A DNA stretch of 64,000 nt from Hypanus sabinus (Eukaryota): positions 64,976,001-65,040,000 of the forward strand of contig NC_082738.1 of assembly GCF_030144855.1 (NCBI RefSeq), given 5' to 3'. Below, one piece after another: positions 13,701-27,600 of the stretch. The translations under genes were made by a program, and so were the position numbers. The first letter of the stretch is position 1; the number at the start of each line of letters is the position of its first letter. A model generated the notes under the pieces. It worked only from the letters and a program-made list of their open reading frames with translations. It did no database searches and was not told the origin of the DNA.

Positions 13701-14151
13701 TTTTTCACAAGTAGTGGGTTTTCAGACCGACTGTGCAGCCTAGCGCTTCACTGTCAGAAGGAATGGCCTGGGAGGAATATGCGTTCGGGGCTGGAAGGTC
13801 AAAAGTCAGAGAGTAGCCTCATGGATGACCCGGTACCTTGCCGATTTCGCTGACTGAAGCATCACGGAAGACTGAAACATCTGGACTGGAATGCTCAGAC
13901 AGCAGGCAGTGTATTTGCTAATCACTATCTTCTCTATCACTTTGCTTCTCTATCTTCTCATTTAATGGAGAGTGAGAGGCTGTTAGTCCTCGAGATAGGA
14001 GGCTTGAAGAAGCAACAGGACAGATTGTAACAGTGGGACAGAGATTGTAACAGCTGGCCTCCGCTCTCGTTGTTGCAGGAGCGACCTCCCTTGATGGAGA
14101 GAGAGAGACCCTGTCTGAGATACCAAATTGTTTGGCTGTGGACTGTGGTTT

Positions 14152-14770
14152 ATAAGACCATAAGACATAGGAGCAGAAGTAGGCCATTCGGCCCATCGAG
14201 TCTGCTCCACCATTCAATCATGGGCTGATCCAGTTCTTTCAGTCATCCCCACTCCCCTGCTTTCACCCCATACCCTTTGATGCCCTAACTAATCAAGAAC
14301 CTACCTACCTCTGCCTTAAATGCACCCAATGACATGGCCTCCACAGTCGCTTGTGGCAACAAATTCCACAGATTTACCATCCTCTGACTAAAATAATTTC
14401 TCCACATCTCTGTTCTAAATGGACGTCCTTCAATCATGAAGTCATGTCCTCTTGTCCTAGACTCCCCTACCATAGGAAACAACTTTGTCATATCTAATCT
14501 GTTCAGACCTTTTAACATTCAGAATCTTTCTATAAGATTCCCCCCTCGTTCTCCTGAACTCCAGGGAATACAGTCTAAAAGCAGCCAGACGTTCCTCATT
14601 TGGTAACCCTTTCATTTCTGTAATCATTCTCATGAATCTTCTCTGAACCCTCTACAATGTCAGTATAATCCTTTCTAAAATAAGGAGCCCAAAACTGCAC
14701 ACAATACTCCAAGTTTGGTCTCACGAGTGCCTTATAGAGCCTCAACATCACATCCCTGCTCTTATATCCC
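14152..14770 (-). mobile_element. CR1 LINE 3' part; host of the 14780-18483 element and continues at 18484-18815
   Basis: ESRTRGH...RMVNLWNLLP motif with (cttatg)-type tail at about 14152-14170. The RT part (FANDTKIGGGAG) resumes at 18484-18815. Confidence 0.8.
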
Positions 14771-14779
14771 TGCTCTTAT

Positions 14780-17700
14780 CACTACCTGGAGGAAGTGACA
14801 GTGGCCGGGCCTCCGGCACAGAGGATGGCCCTGTAGCTCAGAAGGGTAGGGATAGAAGAAAGAGGACCATAGTAATAGGGGACTCGATAGTCAGGGGTTC
14901 AGACAGGCGGTTCTGTGGAGGTGATCGGGAGTCCCGGATGGTAGTTTGCCTCCCTGGTGCCACGGTTCGGGACTTTTCTGATCGCGTCCAAGATATCCTG
15001 AAGTGGGAGGGTGAGGAACCAGAGGTCGTGGTACATGTAGGTACCAATGACCTAGGTAGGAAAGGGGAAGAGGTCCTAAAACGAGAGTATAGGGAGTTAG
15101 GAAGGCAGTTAAGAAGAAGGACCGCAAAGGTAGTAATCTCGAGATTACTGCCTATGCCACGCGACAGTGAGAGTAGGAATGGAATTAGGTGGAGGATGAA
15201 TGCGTGGCTGAGGGATTGGAGAAGGGGGCAGGGATTCAAGTTTCTAGATCATTGGGATTCTGGGGCAGGCGTGACCTGTTCAAGAAGGACGGGTTACACT
15301 TGAATCCTGGGGGGACCAATATCCTAGTGGGGAGGTTTGCTAGGGCTACAGGGCAGACTTTAAACTAGTAAGATGGGGGGGGGGGGGGGGGCGGGAATCA
15401 ATTTGAGGAAACTATGGGAGAGGAGGTTAGTTCACCAGTAGAGCAGGTAAGTAGACAGTGTGTGAGGGAGGAAAGGCAGGTGATGGAGAAGGGATGCGCT
15501 CAGCCTGAAGATGTAGGGGAGAAGAAAGAAAAGGATAATAAATTTGAATGCATTGTTAGGGATGAAAAGAGAGGAGGAGGTGGAGAGTATCTTAAATGTA
15601 TCTATTTTAATGCTAGGAGCATTGTAAGAAAGGTGGATGAGCTTAAAGCGTGGATTGCTACCTGGAATTATGATGTTGTAGCTATTAGTGAAACATGGTT
15701 GCAGGAAGGGTGTGATTGACAACTAAATATTCCTGGATTTAGTTGCTTCAGGTGTGATAGAGTAGGAGGGGCCAGAGGAGGAGGTGTTGCATTGCTTGTC
15801 CGAGAAAATCTTATGGCGGTGCTTTGGAAGGATAGATTAGAGAGCTCCTCTAGGGAGGCTATTTGGGTGGAATTGAGGAATGGGAAAGGTGTAGTAACAC
15901 TGATAGGAGTGTATTATAGGCCACCTAATGGGGAGCGTGAGTTGGAAGAGCAAATGTGTAAGGAGATAGCAGATATTTGTAGTAAACACAAGGTGGTGAT
16001 TGTGGGAGATTTTAATTTTCCACACGTAGATTGGGAAGCTCATTCTGTAAAAGGGCTGGATGGTTTAGAGTTTGTGAAATGTGTGCAGGATAGTTTTTTG
16101 CAACAGTACATAGAAGTACCGACTAGAGATGGGGCAGTGTTGGGTCTCCTGTTAGGGAATGCGATAGGTCAGCTGACAGATGTATGTGTTGGGGAGCACT
16201 TCGGGTCCAGTGATCACAATAGCATTAGCTTCAATATAATTATGGAGAAGGACAGGACTGGACCTAGAGTTGAGATTTTTGATTGGAGAAAGGCTAACTT
16301 TGAGGAGATGCGAGGGGATTTAGAGAGAGTGGATTGGGTCAAGTTGTTTTATGGGAAGGATGTAATAGAGAAATGGAGGTCATTTAAGGGTGAAATTATG
16401 AGGGTACAGAATCTTTATGTTCCTGTTAGGTTGAAAGGAAAGGTTAAAGGTTTGAAAGCACCATGGTTTTCAGGGGATATTAGAAACTTGGTTCGGAAAT
16501 AGAGGGATGTCTACAATAGATATAGGCAGCATGGAGTAAAGGAATTGCTCGAGGAATATAAAGAATGTAAAAGGAATCTTAAGAAAGAGATTAGAAAAGC
16601 TAAAAGAAGATACGAGGTTGGTTTGGCAAATAAGGTGAAAGTAAATCCGAAAGGTTTCTACAGTTATATTAAAAGCAAGAGGATAATGAGGGATAAAATT
16701 GGTCCCTTAGAGAATCAGGGTGGTCAGCTATGTGTGGAGCCGAGGGAGATGGGAGAGATTTTGAATGATTTCTTCTCTTGGGTATTCACTAAGGAGAAGG
16801 ATATTGAATTGTCTAAAGTGTGGGAAACAAGTAAGGAAGTTATGGAACCTATGACAACTAAAGAGGTGGAAGTACAGGCGCTTTTAAGAAATTTAAAAGT
16901 GGATAAATCTCCAGGTCCTGACAGGATATTCCCCAGGACCTTGAGGGAAGTTTGTGTAGAGATAGCAGGAGCTCTGACGGAGATCTTTCAGATGTCATTA
17001 GAAACGGGGATTGTGCCGGAGGATTGGCGTATTGCTCATGTGGTTCCATTGTTTAAAAAGGGTTCTAGAAGTAAGCCTAGCAATTATAGACCTGTCAGTT
17101 TGACATCAGTGGTGGGTAAATTAATGGAAAGTATTCTTAGAGATAGTATTTATAATTATCTGGATAGGCAGGATCTGATTAGGAGTAGCCAGCATGGATT
17201 TGTGCGTGGAAGGTCATGTTTGACAAACCTTATTGAATTTTTTGAAGAAGTTACGAGGAATGTTGACGAGGGTAAGGCAGTGGATGTAGTCTATATGGAC
17301 TTCAGCAAGGCCTTTGACAAAGTTCCACATGGAAGGTTAGTTAAGAAGGTTCAGTCGTTAGGTATTAATGCTGGAGTAATAAAATGGATTCAACAGTGGC
17401 TAGATGGGAGATGCCAGAGAGTAGTGGTGGATAATTGTTTATGGGGATGGAGGCCGGTGACTAGCGGGGTGCCTCAGGGATCTGTTTTGGGCCCAATGTT
17501 GTTTGTAATAAACATAAGTGATCTGGATGATGGGGTGGTAAATTGGATTAGTAAGTATGCCGATGATACTAAGGTAGGAGGTGTTGTGGATAATGAGGTG
17601 GGTTTTCAAAGCTTGCAGGGAGATTTATGCCAGTTGGAAGAATGGGCTGAACGTTGGCAGATGGAGTTTAATGCTGAGAAGTGTGAGGTTCAACATTTTG

Positions 17701-18483
17701 GCAGGAATAATCCAAATAGAACATACAGGGTAAATGGTAGGGCATTGAGGAATGCAGTGGAACAGAGAGATCTAGGAATAACAGTGCATAGTTCCCTGAA
17801 GGTGGAGTCTCATGTAGATAGGGTGGTGAAGAAGGCTTTTGGAACGCTGGCCTTTATAAATCAGAGAACTGAGTACAGAAGTTGGGATGTAATGTTAAAA
17901 TTGTACAAGGCATTGGTAAGGCCAAATTTAGAATATTGTGTACAGTTCTGGTCACCGAATTATAGGAAAGATATCAATAAATTAGAGAGAGTGCAGAGAA
18001 GATTTACTAGGATGTTACCTGGGTTTCAGCACTTAAGTTACAGAGAAAGGTTGAACAAGTTAGGTCTCTATTCATTGGAGCGTAGAAGGTTGAGGGGGGA
18101 TTTGATGGAGGTATTTAAAATTTTGAGAGGGATAGATAGAGTTGACGTGAATAGGCTGTTTCCATTGAGAGTAGGGGAGATTCAAACGAGAGGACATGAT
18201 TTGAGAGTTAGGGGGCAAAAGTTTAAGGGAAACACGAGGGGGGTATTTCTTTACTCAGAGAGTGATAGCTGTGTGAAATGAGCTTCCTGTAGAAGTAGTA
18301 GAGGCCAGTTCAGTTGTGTCATTTGAGGTAAAATTGGATAGGTATATGGACAGGAAAGGAGTGGAGGGTTATGGGCTGAGTGCGGGTAGGTGGGACTAGG
18401 TGAGATTAAGAGTTCGGCACGGAGTAGGAGGGTCGAGGTGGCCTGTTTCCGTGCTGTGATTGTTATATGGTTATATGGTTATA
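14780..18483 (+). mobile_element. Near full-length CR1 LINE: ORF1 esterase (SGNH) part plus ORF2 APE-RT, with stops and a frameshift
   Basis: IVIGDSIV / CLPGA / VVHVGTND esterase motifs; YFNARS, AISETW, GDFN, SDHN, YADD; stops at 15717 and 16500; (gttatatg)n tail. Confidence 0.95.
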
Positions 18484-19022
18484 TTGCATTCACCTGCTGC
18501 ACCAACAACTCAACCTGGAGGTTAACCTTTAGGGTATCCTGCACAAGGACTTCCAAGACCCTTGGCATCTCTGCATTTTGAATTCTCTCCTCATCTAAAT
18601 AATAGTCTGCCCACTTATTTCTTCCACAAAGTGCATGACCATACACTTTCCAACATTGTACTTCATTTGCCACTTCTTTGCCCATTCCCCTAAACTATCT
18701 AAGTCTCTCTGCAGGCTCTCGGTTTCCTCAACACTACCCGCTCCTCCACCTATCTTTGTATCATTGGCAAATCTAGCCACAAATCCATTAATCCCATAGT
18801 CCAAATCATTGACATAGGACACAGATCTTGTTGAATAGTAGAGCAGGCTCGATGCTCCAGGTGGCCTACTCTTGCTCCTTTTCTTGTCTTTTATTATGTT
18901 CTTTCATATTTATTATGTTCTTTCATATTTAGACCTGAAAATTGTAAGCATTACACTATCATAGTATGTCAGCACCCAAGCCAAGTATGGCCAATGTGGG
19001 GAAACTTGTACTGAGTCTAGGA

Positions 19023-20073
19023 CAGGCATGGGCAATCTACGGCCCGGGGGCCATATGCGGCCTGTTAAGCTTTTCAATCCGGCCCACAAAACTTGATGAA
19101 ATTATATTAATAAACCTTGTTAACGTTTTTTCCCCGCAATTCTGGCGTTTTCCCAATAGATGACGCACTGTATATACATTGACCTTTGTTGAGGTGCAGC
19201 GTATTACTCCACATTTGCGCTTTACTCTTTGTTCGGCTCGACCTATTTATGTGAACAGGCGTTCAGCGTCATGAACATCAACAAAGCCAGCCACAGATCC
19301 AAGTTAACTGACCAACACCTCAGATCCATCCTGAGAATCGCCACAACAAAACTAAATTCAGACTTTGATGCGCTGGCTAAAAAGGGAGACCAACAACACT
19401 GTTCCCACTGAAATTAAAAATAAGTTTCTTCGTTGTGTTATGTAAAAAATGCATTTGAAAATATTATTTTCAATAAGCCTTACATGTTACATGTCATTTC
19501 TGTTAAGTGATGGACATGAGTAGTGCGCAGGTGCACGTACGTTCTCAAAATAAAAAATGTGCTCCAGATCAAATAACGCGCTCTGCATACTGGCGCGCTG
19601 TCACTGTTCTGTCATTGTGCTGGTCGTTGTTGAGTTTTGGCACAGGGGACAATTGAATAAGAAGGAGCAGGACAAGTAGACCTGCATCTCCTACTGTTTT
19701 TGAAATAAAGACAGTCAGGAGGAGAGTGATGATGATAATATCTTGAAGGATAACAGAATTTTCAGTGCTTTAAAATAAAAACTGTTACTATTAAAAAAAG
19801 CTGTATTTTATTCATTTAATTTTCAGTGTTTTAAAAGTCATTTCAATAAATAGCTAAATACCATGGGACTTCAAAGACAGATATTTTGTTGTAATGCATT
19901 TGTTCATTTTCAATTGAAATTAAAGCACATGTTTTCTACATATCCCATGATAATTTATTTTCTCTTATGAGGTGTATTACCAAAACATTCCGTTCATCTG
20001 CTCCAGGTTCGGCCCCCCTGTCAAATTTTAGAACCCTTTTTGGCCAACAAGTCAAAAAGTTTGCCCACCCCTG
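19023..20073 (+). mobile_element. Internally deleted hAT (Charlie/GTF2IRD2-type) DNA transposon
   Basis: TIRs caggcatgggcaa / ttgcccacccctg; 8-bp TSD gtctagga (19015-22) vs gtcaagga (20074-81); C-terminal dimerisation motif FGSTYLCEQAFSVM; empty site at 45276-45283. Confidence 0.9.
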
Positions 20074-20207
20074 GTCAAGGATTTTGTGGTTGATTGTGTC
20101 ATGTACTAACTTGCCTGACCCAGAACAGAAATCTATGCACTTGTGGTTCAATAGCTGCAGTTGTTTTGAGACTATAAACCGAGCCAACATTTGTGGGGTG
20201 AAAGTAA

Positions 20208-21226
<1,019 letters not shown>

Positions 21227-21867
21227 GAACTGTAAAGGCTTAAGCTGTCTACAATTCAATAAATTTTTTTCCATCCAGAAACACGATTTCTGATTTATTT
21301 TTGACTTTCATTCGCAGTGTTCTGTAAGTAGAAGTTAAATATAAAGTACACCAGATAAGCACAGGTGTGCAATGAAAAGCTTGCAAAAGGAACATTCTGG
21401 CATTGGGTAATGTACATTGTTGAATGATCACAGACACAACATATAAGCTGTGTTCACAAGTAAAACAATTGTCTTCAAGAAAGAACACAACTTGGACAAA
21501 AACAGTTAGTTTAAGTACAGTGATGAAATGCACTCCTTGTCTTTGCTTTCTGGTATAATTAATATTTTGTGTATTGTCTATCTACCTGTCTGATGTTGCT
21601 ACAAGCTACTTTTAGCAAAATGTACTAAACTCATTTTAAATGTTCAAGGTAAAGTACATATGTCGGCATAAAGAGCCCCAAGGTTCATTTTCTTGCAGGC
21701 ATACTCAGCAAGTCCAATAAATGCAACAAATCAATGAAAGAGCACACCAAACAAGATGAACAACCAACCAAATGTGCAAGACAACAAACTCCAAATACAG
21801 AAGATAATAAAAGCCTGAGTCAGTTTTGGAGTCTAAGTTACATTACAGCTGATCCATGATTTCAGAT

Positions 21868-22144
21868 ATGTGGTGCGTGGCCAAGTGGCCAAGGCGTTGG
21901 ACTCGCGATCTGAAGGTCGTGAGTTTGAGCCCCAATCGAGGCAGCATGTTATGTCCTTAAGCAAGGCATTTAACCACAAATTGCTTCAGTACCGTGCCGG
22001 GATTAACCTCGTGATAGACTGGTGTCCTATCAGGAAGTGGGAGGTGGAGGAGTCTCGTACTCTCAGTCGCTTTGCGCCATGGACACCGGCATAAGCACCA
22101 GCCTGATGAGCCTCTAAGGCTCCGGACAGACTTTAATTTTAATT
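21868..22144 (+). mobile_element. tRNA-derived SINE (CORE-like central domain)
   Basis: A box TGGCCAAGTGG, degenerate B box, tgtccttaagcaaggcatttaac core, (tttaat)n tail, 9-bp TSD atttcagat (21859-67 / 22145-53). Confidence 0.8.
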
Positions 22145-23232
22145 ATTTCAGATGGTCTGGAAATAAAACGTGGGATAAACAAGCAAGAACAACTTACTAA
22201 ATAGACATAGCCATCTTACACACATAACTTACAGAAATCAATCAGTGAAAAACACCAGAAAATGCTGAATTGAGGAAATTGAAAGACTTTGGAACATTGT
22301 CCCAATGGCAATGTCTACAACTGGTATCCCAAATTCACCACATCATAGCATTAAACAATTTGGACCACACAGCAATATCCATGTAAACCTTCAGAAAGCC
22401 GCAATAGTAAACACCATTAGAATAGTCTGAATGTTACTGGCAAGTGATAAATGAGTATGCTTGGCTAAAACCTTGGGTTTTACCTGCTTGAGCGGAGACC
22501 AAAAGTGTTTGGGTTGTGGGTACAATTCAGTGAGCTGGCATGTGGGGTTGAGTGAAATTATCCACTCTGGTTCAAGAGCTTGATATTTCATGGGTAATAA
22601 CTTGAACCTGCTGATGTGAGTCCTGAGGCATCTGTACCTTCCTGATGGCAGCAATGAGAATAGAACATAGCCTGGGAAGTGGAGGTCTTTGATCATGGAT
22701 GCTACTGGCATGTGACAGCACTCCTTGTAGATGTGCTCAATGGTGGGGAGGGCTTTACCTGTAGTGGACTTGATTCAAAAAACAAATTCTCAGATGAACC
22801 CATTCCAGATAAAGACTAGAGATCCAAAACGTCAAACTTGCCTCTTATCTTCTTCTCCCCCCCCCCCCCCCTTCCACAAATGCTACCAGGTGACCCACTT
22901 GTTTCCTCCAGCCTTTTCCTTGTCCAGATTTCAGCATATGTACTCTGGGCAGACACTACCTGTGCTGAATTCCTGACAAACATTGCAGATACGGCTGCGA
23001 ATGAAATAGCTTTATTTACAAAACACAAACTTTATTCTTGATAAAATCTACATACAAAAAAGTGCTAAACTCTTTACATTCTTAATATTAAGTAATGTTT
23101 GAACCCTCCTTCCTCTGGCTTTTAATGGTGTTGGCAGTCCAAATTATAGGTTCACTACTGCCACCAACTGGACTTGAGTGTGGGCTAGAGAATTTGGAAT
23201 TGCAACCTCTACTAGTGCACTTACTCAGTGCT

Positions 23233-23855
23233 AAGAAGGTGTCTGGTGTGTTGGCATTCATCAACCGTGGGATTGAGTTCAAGAGCCATGAGAACGTTAG
23301 AGCTATATAGGACCCCAGTTGGAGTACTGTGTTCAGTGCTGGTCACCTCACTACAGGAAGAAAGTGGATAGAGAGAGTGCAGAGGAGATTTACAAGGATG
23401 TTGCCTGAATTGAAGGGCGTGCCTTAAGAGAACAGGTTGTGAACTTGGCCTTTTCTCCATGGCTTGACGGAGGATGAGAGGAGACCTGATAGGTGCATGG
23501 GAGGATAGAGAGGCATTGATTTTGTGGATAGTCTTGAGACTATTTCCCAGGGCTGAAATGGCTAACACAAGGGGCATAGTTTTAAGGTGCTTGGCAATAG
23601 GTACCGAGGGGATGTCGGAGTTAAGTTTATCCACACAGAGAGTGGTGGGTGTGTGGAATGCACTGCCGGCAGTGGTGGTGGAAGCGGATACAATAGGGTC
23701 TTTTAAAAGCCTCTTAGATAGTAGGTACATTGAGCTTAAAAAAATAGAGCGCTTTGCGCTAGGGAAATTCTAGCCGGTTTCTAGAGTAGGTTATATAGCT
23801 GGCACAATATTGTGGGCCCAAGGGCCAGTAATGTGCTGTAGACCTCCATGTTCAT
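23233..23855 (+). mobile_element. CR1 LINE 3' fragment (duplicated at about 48450-49072)
   Basis: LAFINRGIEFKS, MRGDLI, RVVGVWNALP motifs. Confidence 0.8.
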
Positions 23856-24464
23856 CAACTGAAAACCAAATTACCCCAAAAAACCCAATAGATTTTAAAT
23901 AATGAAGGACAATATTCTGAATTAAAGTCACTTCCATAACTTAAAAGTTTTTAAATTGAAAACTATCAACCCCCAAAGATAGTACTGCAGCCTGCATTTG
24001 CTTTATTTCAAACTTGAATGCTTCACATTGTAAAAGAATATGTTAAACTGTTTCATAACGATGACAAAACCTACACGTCCCAAAATGATGATCTCTAACA
24101 AGATACAAAGAAAAATTAAGCATAGGATGCCCCATTTTAAGTCAAATCAATATAATTTCTTCCCTTCTTGTCTTACCCCCTTCTCACATGAGTTTTATGT
24201 ATTCTGTAAAGGTGTCTCCCCTTATGTCCATTATCTCTCAGGTCTTGCCATAATCCCCTAATTCTTAGCCCCATTGACCCCTTAGCTTCTGATTTGCTAA
24301 GACTTCATCCTCCACAACCGTAAAAGTAATTGTTCTATTTCAACAAATAAAGCTGAAATGGGATAACCTTACCGCCCACAACAGTCTTATAGCCTGAGCT
24401 GGTGTCACATCCAAACATTTTCAATTTGAAGACAAAGCTGATCCATAAGTCACATAGTCATAAT

Positions 24465-25480
24465 CAAGTCAAGTCGAGTCACTTTTCATTGTCATTTCGA
24501 CCATAACTGCTGGTACAGTGCACAGTGAAAACGAGACAATGTTTTTCAGGGCCATGGTGCTACATGAAACAATACAAAAACTACACCGAACTATGTAAAA
24601 CAACACAAAATAGTACACTAGACTACAGACCTACCCAGGACTGCATAAAGTGCACAAAACAGTGCAGGCATTACAATAAATAATAAGACAATAGGCACAG
24701 TAGAGGGCAGTAAGTTGGTGTCAGTCAAGACTCTGGGTATTCAGGAGTCTGATAGCTTGGGGGAAGAAACTGTTACAAAGTCTTGGCGTGAGAACCCAAA
24801 TGCTTCAGTGCCTTTTTCCAGACGGCAGGAGGGAAAGGTGTTTGTATGAGGGGTGTGTGGGGTCCTTCATAATGCTGTTTGCAGATGCAACGTGTAGTGT
24901 AAATGCCTGTAATGGCGGGAAGAGAGACCCCAACAATCTCAGCTGACCTCACTATCCGCTGCAGGGTCTTGCGATCTGAGATGGTGCAATTTCTGAACCA
25001 GGCAGTGATGCAGCTGCTCAGGATGCTCTCAATACAACCCCTGTAGAATGTGGTGAGGATGGGGCAGTGGGAGATATACTTTCCTCAGCCTTCACAGAAA
25101 GTAGAGATGCTACTGGGCTTTCTTTGTTATGGAGCTGGTGTTGAGGGACCAGGTGAGATTCTCTGTGAGGTGAACACCAACAAATTTGGTGCTCTTAATG
25201 ACCTCTACCGAGGAGCCGTCGATGTTCAGCGGAGAGTTGTCGCTCCGTGCCCTCCTGAAGTCAACAACCATCTCTTGTTCACACTAAGAGACAAGCTGTT
25301 TGCTCTGCACCAGTCTCTTAGCTGCTGCACCTCCTCTCTGTATGCTGACTCATCGTTCTTGCTGATGAGACCCACCACAGTCATGTAATTGACAAACTTG
25401 ATGATATGGTTTGAGCTGTGTGTTGCAGCACAGTCGTGGGTCAGCAGAGTGAACAGCAGTGGACTGAGCACACAGCCCTG
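24465..25480 (-). mobile_element. Rex1/Babar-like LINE, RT to 3' end (duplicated at about 49682-50697)
   Basis: QGCVLSPLLFTLLTHDC...KF...TVVGLI...YREEVQQL..WC; (cttga)n tail at about 24465-24480. Confidence 0.8.
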
Positions 25481-25499
25481 GGGGGGGGGGGGGGCTGTG

Positions 25500-27110
25500 A
25501 TAATCAAGTACCGATCTAGTTAAACAAAATAGTCAACAGGGATTTTCGTGTAGTACCCAAGGATATTTAATGCCACTTTACCTTTGTCAATTATCTTACT
25601 GATATTGTGCTTCCATGTCAGATTATTATCCAGCCACTTGCTTACCACTGACCTTCTTCAAGAGTCTGACTATATAATTTCAAATTAAGTGTAGGTCTAT
25701 TGATCCTCTCTGTAAAACATATAAGTTGTGTTTTAGCTACTGAAAGCTAAAAACCCCAACTATTTGCCCACTGTTCAACCTTATTAACCGCTAATTGTAT
25801 CCTACATACAATTAAATTGATTCTTTCCTCTGATCCGTAAAGCACCATCTTCAAAAAATGACTTACCCCTCTCAGAGAAATAATCATTAATTATCATATT
25901 AAACAATAAAGAGCTACAAATACTGCCTTGTGGGGTCCCATTCTCTTTTTTTTTTGGTGAGCAAATGTACATTTTATTTGAATGAAGTGTTTTAGTACAA
26001 GGCTAAAATAAACATAATTCCATTATACCTCATGAAAAAGTTAAAGGCTAAGCACTGCCACAGATCACTGAAAATTGATGGTTCAGGCTCCAACCTGGGC
26101 AAAAGCCTCAGGTAACTTGGAAATGTACGATTACACAAATCAACTTGAGATTTGGATTTTACCACCTTCATAGCAATGTACCAATGGACAAAAGACTGGG
26201 CAGCCACCGTAGGAATGTTCTCATCACATTGTTCCACAGTCAAGAATGCAAACAGTAACACTCATCTTTCCACACTGCGATCCCTTAGATTCCATTTGTT
26301 TTACGACATCGTAGCCTTCTACCACACGGCCAAACACAACATGCTTTCCATCCAACCAACTAGTTTGGGCAGTGCAGATAAAAAATTGAGATCCATTTGT
26401 ATTGGGCCCAGCATTTGCCATTGATAGTATTCCTGCTCCTTCATGTTTGAGTATGAAGTTCTCACCCAGAAATGTGTTACCATAGATGGATTTGCCCCCT
26501 GTGCCATTGCCTTTTGTGAAATCTCCACTTTGGCACATAAAGCCAGGAATTATTCGGTGAAAAATTGATTCCTTAAACCCCTCACCCTCTGGTTTGGTAC
26601 AAAGCACACAGAAGTTCTCTGCAGTTTTTGGAACAACATCGCTCCTTAGCTCAAATACAATGCAGCCCACTGGCTGCTTATCAAAACCAATGTCGAAGAA
26701 GACGCAAGGGTTGCCCATTCTATTTTTCTTCCTCTCTTGCCACTTGGTGCTGACCTCAGCCAAGCATGCTGCTAGGAGTGCTAATTCCCGTGGGGTCCCA
26801 TTCTCAATCTCATAGAAGCCCGAATACATCTTACCTAGCCTTACCTGCATTGAACATCCAAATAAAAAAACTCAGAAAAAAATTATATAGCCTTTCTCTT
26901 ACTGCTAATTTCCATAATTTAATCAAATCTTTATTTCCCTGTGCTTTCCTAATACCATCCTCCAAACACAAAACTGCTACCCTTCCAAAATCTGCTCTGA
27001 TAAAACACTAAATCAACTTTTTTCTAAAATATAATTTAACCACTCTATTACCATACATTCCATAGGTTTACACAAATGGGGTGTTAGTGATATTGGTTGA
27101 AAATTAGAAG
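25500..27110 (-). mobile_element. Decayed I/Nimb-like LINE RT fragment interrupted by the PPIA retrocopy (duplicated at about 50718-52330)
   Basis: Removing the retrocopy and one TSD restores ...[27 protein letters not shown]...FFEDGALRIRGKN, a degenerate RT motif B to YADD region. Confidence 0.7.
25946..26789 (-). pseudogene. PPIA: Cyclophilin A processed retrocopy with an uninterrupted 164-aa ORF (26718-26224)
   Basis: Intronless MGNP.VFFDI...[11 protein letters not shown]...[16 protein letters not shown]...[10 protein letters not shown]; AATAAA at 25978-73; poly(A) 25955-46; 16-bp TSD gtggggtcccattctc (25930-45, 26790-805). Confidence 0.92.
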
Positions 27111-27249
27111 GAACCAACAGTGGGGTTTTCCTGGTTTTAGAATAGGCACTACTGCCATGTGAACCCTACAACCAGCACTGGGAATTTAACACACTGCAGG
27201 TCTGAATTTATCTGCTTCTTTGCTGTTCCTGGTCCCTCTCCACACAGGG

Positions 27250-27600
27250 ACCAAAAACAAGGTTAAATAAATAGGTTTTGAGCTGTTGTTTAAAAGTGTC
27301 AACTGAGTCTGCACTCTTATGCTTTTAGATATTGAGTTCCACAGTTTAGGAGCGTACTTCGATAAAGCTGAACTGACAATTACCGTCTGAGGGAGATTGT
27401 TTAAATTTAAGTGACCAGCAGAAGAAGACTGAGAGCTCAAGCAGAAATCAAATGAAAGCAATTCTGTGATGTTCTCTGGTCCCAGAACATTGAGAGCTTT
27501 AAAAACAACTAATAGAACTTTACAATACATTCTAAAAGATACAGGAATTCAATGCAGATTAGTTAGGACCAGAGTGATATGCTCCCTCATCCTGGTTTTA
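27250..27600 (-). mobile_element. L2-like LINE 3' fragment (duplicated at about 52470-52820)
   Basis: CKVLLVVFKALNVLGP...YAPKLWNSI C-terminal motif typical of L2 ORF2. Confidence 0.6.

Noticed and set aside
14938-18281. Active autonomous CR1
   Set aside because: The ORF1 5' end is missing, and ORF2 has stops at 15717 and 16500 and a late frameshift.
21868-21945. Possible tRNA gene
   Set aside because: The tRNA-like head continues into a SINE body with tail and TSD, and the B box is degenerate.
22857-25955. Homopolymer length differences between the duplicates (C-run, G-run, poly-T)
   Set aside because: Indistinguishable from sequencing or slippage noise, so not used as evidence of divergence.
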